64,000 nucleotides of DNA from Bacteroidales bacterium (GTDB taxonomy: Bacteria; Bacteroidota; Bacteroidia; Bacteroidales; UBA932): positions 8,739 to 72,738 of the forward strand of contig JAILNI010000047.1 of the NCBI GenBank assembly GCA_024691765.1, written 5' to 3'. The position numbers were made by a program, and so were the translations under genes. Positions 58,662 through 64,000 of the stretch are shown in pieces; position 1 is the stretch's first letter; the number at the start of each line of letters is the position of its first letter. The notes beneath the pieces were generated by a model. That model ran no database searches, was not told where the DNA came from, and saw only the letters and a program-made list of their open reading frames with translations.

Positions 58662-59396
58662 CTAACGAGATGAGTTAATTCTATGGAATTCCCTTTGGGC
58701 GCGGGCCATGTCCCGGCGGAACTCGCGGGACGTCTGCAGCCTGGCATATCCGATGGAGGCCACCGGACGGCTCGCGTCGATGTCGCTCTGCCAGTGGCAT
58801 CCGGAAACCACACGGTTTTCTCCGGCGTTCCAGGCGAGGGCGAATACCGCCTCTGCCGCATCGGGATTGATTTCGGCCATCAACATTGCGCATGCCCAGT
58901 TGCGGATGGTATGCCCCGAAGGATAGGAGCCCTCAGTGGCAAGCCAGTCGTCATCTTCCGGAAAGATTGACGGTTCCTTATAATAAGCGAACGGACGCAT
59001 GCGGAAGTAATAGGCTTTCGGGCGGAAGCGGATGTCTTCGATGGTTTTTGTTCCCCTCTTGAGGACCCGGTAAATATTTGGTGTTCCTTCGGGTGTAATC
59101 TTCATGCCAAAGGCTTCTCCCAGAATTACTATGGTCGTGTCAAGATCCCATATAGCCTCGCGGCGCGCCCGTGAAAGGCGCACAGAGTCCAGCCTCTGGC
59201 GTTTTCCCCACCGGTAGCGGAGCTCATCGTAGGCGAATTCCTCGCTGTCGTACGACGGGGGCGCGGGGATGCACTGAACCACATCGGGCATCTCTGCCTC
59301 CGGGATATAAGGATCGAATGTCTGCTGGCCCGAAGCGCAGGAAACGACTAGCCCCAGCAACAGGGTGCAAAAGATAGATTTGAAACTGATACTCAT
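58662..59396 (-). CDS. PAP2 / class A acid phosphatase lipoprotein
   Basis: Lipobox VVSC; KAYYFRMRP, SYPSGH and RVVSGCHWQSD. Confidence 0.88.
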   Translation of the reverse strand: MSISFKSIFCTLLLGLVVSCASGQQTFDPYIPEAEMPDVVQCIPAPPSYDSEEFAYDELRYRWGKRQRLDSVRLSRARREAIWDLDTTIVILGEAFGMKITPEGTPNIYRVLKRGTKTIEDIRFRPKAYYFRMRPFAYYKEPSIFPEDDDWLATEGSYPSGHTIRNWACAMLMAEINPDAAEAVFALAWNAGENRVVSGCHWQSDIDASRPVASIGYARLQTSREFRRDMARAQREFHRINSSR

Positions 59397-59554
59397 ATCG
59401 TCTGAACGGATTCCTGGATTGTCATAGCAAAGATATAAAGAAATCCCCGGAGTAAACGTTTTATGATTTTCCACGAACATTAAAAAACAGAAAAATCTTC
59501 ACGAAAAAATTTTACCCCCTTGATTAAACGGACAATCCCCGTTACCTTGCCGCC

Positions 59555-60430
59555 ATGAAAAGTTTTTACCACTGGTGCTCAAAAGGATTGAAGAACGATC
59601 TCTTTTTCACAAACGACAGGGAGTTCATAGCCGGAATGAACAGGATTGCCGCCTGTTACCTTTATTGCATGGAGAGGGGACGTCCGGTTCGGATTGTTGC
59701 CTTCTGCCTGTTGAACAATCATTTCCATTTCGTGCTGTATGGAGAGGAGGAAGATACAATCCTTTTTATGAATCATTATTGGCTTCTGACTGCCATTTGG
59801 ATTCAGAATCATCGGAAGGAAAGGCTCCACGGCAGGGTTGAACTCGGTCATTGGAAGGCTGAGACAAGAGAAAGCGTAAGGGATAAAGTGGTTTATACTA
59901 TGAGACAGACTCTTGAAGCGGGTCTCCAGGTAACTCCGCAGGCCTATCCATGGTGTTCCGCCCGATTGATGTACAACAATAACGAGTCCGTCATGGAGAC
60001 ATCCGGGAAAATGGCCGAAATGGGTGTCAGGGAGAAAAGACGCAAGTTCTTCACCATGCGCGATTTTCCTCATGACTGGTCGGTTCTTCCCAACGGCATG
60101 ATTTGGCCCGGGTGTTACACGGATACGGTTCTTGCTCATAAGCTCTTTTCCGGAGTCAAGGACTTTATGTTTTCCATGAATAATGGGAATGTTGACAGGG
60201 AAGTCAATGTGGAGATCATGGCGGAGATGCCATCCATTCCGGATACGGAAGTAAAGCACCGGGCAGAGTCTCTGGCTCGAAGCCTTTTCGGAAGACAACG
60301 CATAAGCTCCTGCCCGGCGGAAGAAAGAATACGGATTGCCTCGATGCTGCGAAAGGAACTGCATTGCGGTCATAAACAACTGGCCAGAATCGTGATGATG
60401 CGGGAGGAAGATTTGCGAAAAACAGTATGA
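59555..60430 (+). mobile_element. RAYT-like HUH/Y1 tyrosine transposase with C-terminal helical extension
   Basis: FYHW...FF, AFCLLNNHFHF (HUH), YTMRQTLEAG...AYPWCS (Y1 helix and RAYT-like YxWSS); lower GC; palindromic element 9 nt after the stop. Confidence 0.8.
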
Positions 60431-60439
60431 GGAGGGGCG

Positions 60440-60528
60440 GACTTAACACGAAAAGGGCTCAAAATGTGTTATCCCCCCGGGTGAAGAAGTGGGGGTGAAC
60501 ACGAAATTGCCCCGGAACGTGTTAGGTC
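60440..60528 (+). repeat. 89-bp palindromic element, copy 5
   Basis: GACTTAACACG...TGTGTTATCCCCCC...GGGGGTGAACACG...CGTGTTAGGTC. Confidence 0.9.
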
Positions 60529-60550
60529 GCATGAAGCCGGCGCAACCTGC

Positions 60551-60579
60551 TGACAAAATGTCAATGGAATATAATTTGA
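60551..60579 (+). promoter_or_regulatory. TGACAaaaTGTCA palindrome plus sigma54-like TGG-N9-TGA upstream of clpB
   Basis: Palindrome 60551-60563, TGG 60565-60567, TGA 60577-60579; same spacing as at hsp20. Confidence 0.62.
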
Positions 60580-60609
60580 CCTCCTCTCCGGCAGAAAGGA
60601 GGCCAGATT

Positions 60610-62661
60610 ATGGAAAATAAATACGAATTCTTAAGCAAATACGCAACCGACCTTACCGGGGCGGCCACCAAAGGCAGGCTCGATCCGGTGATAGGCCGCG
60701 ACGACGAGATCCGCCGTGTGCTGCAGATTCTTTCGCGGCGCACTAAGAACAACCCCATTCTGGTGGGCGAGCCCGGCGTGGGTAAAACAGCCATAGCCGA
60801 GGGGCTGGCCACCAAGATAGTGAACGGTCAGGTGCCGGAAAACCTCAAGAGCAAACGGCTCTTCTCTCTTGATATGGGTGCCCTCATCGCTGGCGCCAAA
60901 TATCAGGGCGAGTTCGAGGAGCGCCTCAAAGGGGTTGTGAAGGAGGTGGTCGAAAGCGAGGGCGAGATCATACTCTTCATCGATGAAATCCACACTCTCG
61001 TGGGCGCCGGCCGAAGTTCCGGGGCCATGGATGCCAGCAACATCCTCAAACCGGCCCTGGCCCGCGGCGAGCTCCGCACCATAGGAAGCACGACTCTCGA
61101 CGAGTACCAGAAGTACTTCGAGCAGGACAAGGCCCTGGAGCGCCGCTTCCAGAAGGTGACCATCGACGAGCCTTCGCCCGCCGAGAGCATCGCCATACTG
61201 CGCGGACTCAAGGAGAAGTACGAGAACCATCACAAGGTCCGCATCGAGGACGACGCCCTTATCGCCGCCGTAAACCTCAGCCACCGCTATATCACAAGCC
61301 GCTTCCTTCCGGACAAGGCCATCGACCTGGTAGACGAGGCCGCAAGCAAACTCCGTCTGGAGATGAACAGCGTGCCGGAACCCATAGACATCCTCAACTC
61401 CCGCATACGCGAACTGGAAATAGAGAAAGAGGCGGTCAAGCGCGAGGGCACGTCGCTCAAATCTGAAAAGATCAACTCGGAACTCGCCGACGCGAAGAAG
61501 GAACGCGATGCGCTAACGGAGCGCTGGGAGGCCGAAAAGAACACCCTCCGGCAGCTTCAGGAGGAGCGTCTTGCGGTAGAGCAGGCCGAGAACGAAGCAC
61601 GCATCGCGGAGCGCTCGGGCGACTACGGCAAGGTGGCCGAGTTAAGATACGGCCGCATAGCCCAGGCCCGCCAGCGCATATCAGAACTTGAGGCGAAGCA
61701 GGCGGCGGTGAAGAATCCAATCATGTCCGAAGCCGTCACTCCGGAAGACATAGCCGAGGTGGTGGCCCGCTGGACGGGAATCCCCGTGAACCGCATGCTG
61801 GAGAGCGAGAAGGAGAAGCTCCTCCGGATGGAAACAGAACTGCACAAAAGGGTAGTCGGCCAGGAAAAGGCCATCGCCGCCGTATCGGATGCTGTACGCA
61901 GGAGCAGGGCCGGCCTCAGCAATGAGAACCGTCCTATCGGTTCGTTCCTCTTCCTCGGCACCACCGGCGTGGGCAAGACCGAACTGGCAAAGGCCCTCGC
62001 CGAGTTCCTCTTCAACGACGAAAGCATGATGACCCGCATCGACATGTCAGAATACCAGGAATCCCACACCGTAAGCCGCCTCATAGGCGCTCCTCCGGGA
62101 TACGTGGGATACGACGAAGGCGGCCAGCTTACCGAGGCCGTTCGCCGCAAACCCTACAGCGTGGTTCTTCTCGACGAGATTGAAAAGGCCCATGCCGACG
62201 TGTTCAATATCCTTCTTCAGGTGCTTGACGACGGCCGCCTCACCGACAATAAGGGTCGCACCGTCGACTTCAAGAACACCATACTCATAATGACTTCGAA
62301 CTTGAAGGAAGAGGAATTGCGCCTGCGCATGAGGCCGGAGTTCCTCAACCGTATCGACGAAATCGTGGTGTTCGACGCCCTCACCCCGGAGAATATCCGC
62401 GAGATAGTGCGAATGCAGATGTCGTTGCTCGGCCGCAAGCTGGAGGGCGAGGGGGTGGAGTTGGAATACACTCCGGCTTTCGAAGACGCCATGGTCCGCG
62501 ACGGCTACGACCCGGTATTCGGCGCCCGTCCAGTCAAGCGCCTGATCCAGCGTGAACTCGTGAACCTGCTCGCCCGCGAAATTCTGGAGGGGCGCATTCA
62601 CAAGTCATCCGCGATAGTGGTAGACTGGGCGGACGGCCGGACGGTGCTTCGGAATAAATAG
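60610..62661 (+). CDS. clpB: ClpB disaggregase lacking the N-terminal domain
   Basis: GEPGVGKT, coiled-coil M domain, GTTGVGKT and GAPPGYVGY; begins just before LDPVIGR. Confidence 0.9.
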   Translation: MENKYEFLSKYATDLTGAATKGRLDPVIGRDDEIRRVLQILSRRTKNNPILVGEPGVGKTAIAEGLATKIVNGQVPENLKSKRLFSLDMGALIAGAKYQGEFEERLKGVVKEVVESEGEIILFIDEIHTLVGAGRSSGAMDASNILKPALARGELRTIGSTTLDEYQKYFEQDKALERRFQKVTIDEPSPAESIAILRGLKEKYENHHKVRIEDDALIAAVNLSHRYITSRFLPDKAIDLVDEAASKLRLEMNSVPEPIDILNSRIRELEIEKEAVKREGTSLKSEKINSELADAKKERDALTERWEAEKNTLRQLQEERLAVEQAENEARIAERSGDYGKVAELRYGRIAQARQRISELEAKQAAVKNPIMSEAVTPEDIAEVVARWTGIPVNRMLESEKEKLLRMETELHKRVVGQEKAIAAVSDAVRRSRAGLSNENRPIGSFLFLGTTGVGKTELAKALAEFLFNDESMMTRIDMSEYQESHTVSRLIGAPPGYVGYDEGGQLTEAVRRKPYSVVLLDEIEKAHADVFNILLQVLDDGRLTDNKGRTVDFKNTILIMTSNLKEEELRLRMRPEFLNRIDEIVVFDALTPENIREIVRMQMSLLGRKLEGEGVELEYTPAFEDAMVRDGYDPVFGARPVKRLIQRELVNLLAREILEGRIHKSSAIVVDWADGRTVLRNK

Positions 62662-62749
62662 ACCGAACACATTTTCGGCCTTTATCGTGTTAGCCCCCGG
62701 GGTTTAATCCTGGGGGTTAACACGTTTTCGGCAGATTTCGTGTTAGGCC
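62661..62749 (-). repeat. 89-bp palindromic element, copy 6
   Basis: GACCGAACAC...CGTGTTAGCCCCC...GGGGGTTAACACG...CGTGTTAGGCC; fills the gap between two stop codons. Confidence 0.88.
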
Positions 62750-62750
62750 C

Positions 62751-63872
62751 CTACTGATACTGTATGTAGATGGGTTTCGGGGAGAGCTTCAGAACCTCTT
62801 CCGGGGTTAGCATGCGGTGGGGCTCCTGCTTGAGGTCGTTCTTGTAGAAGAGTTTGAAGCCGGTGAACTGCACGGGTTCGCGGTAGATGCACCAGTTGTA
62901 GGTGCTGCGCTTCAGGCGCGGGCTTCCCCAGCCGTCCATATCCATTATTATCTGCACTTCCGGGAGGGGCTTGATGTCCGCCGAGTTCTTCACCATCGAG
63001 GTAGTAAAGCGGTGGATGACAAGCATTTTGGGAGGCAGGTTGTTCTCCTTGACTATACGCTGCAGGTACTTCGCGCACCAGTTGATCTGCGAGGCGTCCA
63101 TGCTGCCGATCACGCTTCCCGGGCGCTTGCCGTTATGCATCATGAACTCGGGGTCGATGGCCAGGTGGACATGCGGGAGCTTAAGGTACTCCTCGATTAC
63201 CGGCACTTCGGCCTGGACGTTGCTCAGCGCCACCTGGATATCCAGAAAGACGATGGCGTCGCCCATGGCGGCTATGGACAGGGCGGAATCTATCTGTTTG
63301 CGCGGCATGCGCAGGCGCCACAGGCTGTCGCGGCCGGGACTCCCCTGGGCCGTGGTGACTATGTAGTGGATGGCCGGGATTACCGGGGTGGACGGGTCAG
63401 CCGCCTGCCAGCGGCGCATCTCGCTTCGGAGCATGGTCCAGAGCGTGTCGGGCGGGTACTCTCCCAGCACTCCCATCTTCTTCGAGTAGAGGTTGCCGTA
63501 GTAGGCCACTACCCTGTTGTACGGAAGGATGGCGCCCTCGTATGGATAGGGGGCCTTGACCGGCCAGCGGCCCGACGTGTCGCCGTTCGCAAGGGAGTCC
63601 ATCAGGGCGTTGTACTTCAGGGTGTCGACCAGGCGCGTGCGCATGGCTTCCAGGCGGGCGGCCTCGAGACGTGCCGCCTTGATGCTGTCGCGATAGGCTT
63701 CGGGCATGCGGCGGAGGGCACGGACGCTGTCGCGGTAGGCCTTGTGGGCGATGCGGACGCTGTCGCGCTGCGACAGGGGACGGCGGCCTTCGGACGCCGG
63801 ACGCCCTCCGCACGCCGCGCAGAGAAGCGCCAGCAGTGAAAGGGCGAGAAGAAGGGATTTACGTATTGTCAT
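62751..63872 (-). CDS. Conserved lipoprotein (VAYYG...IDPEF...MDGWG family, possibly glycoside-hydrolase-like)
   Basis: Lipobox CAAC; VVAYYGN, HLAIDPEF and GFKLFY motifs. Confidence 0.7.
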   Translation of the reverse strand: MTIRKSLLLALSLLALLCAACGGRPASEGRRPLSQRDSVRIAHKAYRDSVRALRRMPEAYRDSIKAARLEAARLEAMRTRLVDTLKYNALMDSLANGDTSGRWPVKAPYPYEGAILPYNRVVAYYGNLYSKKMGVLGEYPPDTLWTMLRSEMRRWQAADPSTPVIPAIHYIVTTAQGSPGRDSLWRLRMPRKQIDSALSIAAMGDAIVFLDIQVALSNVQAEVPVIEEYLKLPHVHLAIDPEFMMHNGKRPGSVIGSMDASQINWCAKYLQRIVKENNLPPKMLVIHRFTTSMVKNSADIKPLPEVQIIMDMDGWGSPRLKRSTYNWCIYREPVQFTGFKLFYKNDLKQEPHRMLTPEEVLKLSPKPIYIQYQ

Positions 63873-63895
63873 GGTGCCGGATTGCCGCTACCGGG

Positions 63896-64000
63896 TCACA
63901 CCTCCAGGGCGGTGTCGAACTCGTGGAGGAAGCGGAGGTCGTTCTCGAAGTAGTGACGCAGGTCGTTCACCTGCCACTTGAGCATGGCGATACGCTCGAT
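63896..64000 (-). CDS. pheS: Phenylalanyl-tRNA synthetase alpha subunit, 3' end only
   Basis: Manual translation [34 protein letters not shown]. Confidence 0.88.
   Translation of the reverse strand: MERIAMLKWQVNDLRHYFENDLRFLHEFDTALEV

Overview
A 64-kb, GC-rich chromosomal stretch from a Bacteroidales gut/rumen-type bacterium. The assignment rests on TAnnTTTG promoters, a long-tailed S16, UpxY, DUF5686 and BACON lipoproteins. It is mostly housekeeping: rfbA, ugd, rimM, rpsP, hsp20, lemA, aroC, sufBCD, ispE, codB, an aroD-aroA fusion, a galactoside/GalNAc cluster, hemW, dusB, pepP, a U32 protein, clpB and the 3' end of pheS, plus three tRNAs. Small lower-GC islets carry toxin-antitoxin modules and gene remnants. 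The most notable signal is a family of 88-89-bp structured palindromic elements (5 canonical copies and 1 variant) together with a RAYT-like HUH/Y1 tyrosine transposase gene (59555-60430). One copy lies 9 nt after the transposase stop, and two copies in inverted orientation bracket the transposase and a PAP2 gene. Three copies occupy gaps between convergent stop codons, and two are inserted in frame inside hemW, much like Rickettsia palindromic elements. Other highlights are a shared TGACAnnnTGTCA plus sigma54-like motif upstream of hsp20 and clpB, a 165-bp in-frame insert bounded by 22-bp direct repeats in the U32 gene, a branched structure abutting tRNA-Gly, a PIN toxin whose tail resembles its antitoxin, and many in-frame low-complexity loop expansions in conserved enzymes. 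All calls come from reading motifs by eye; no searches were run.
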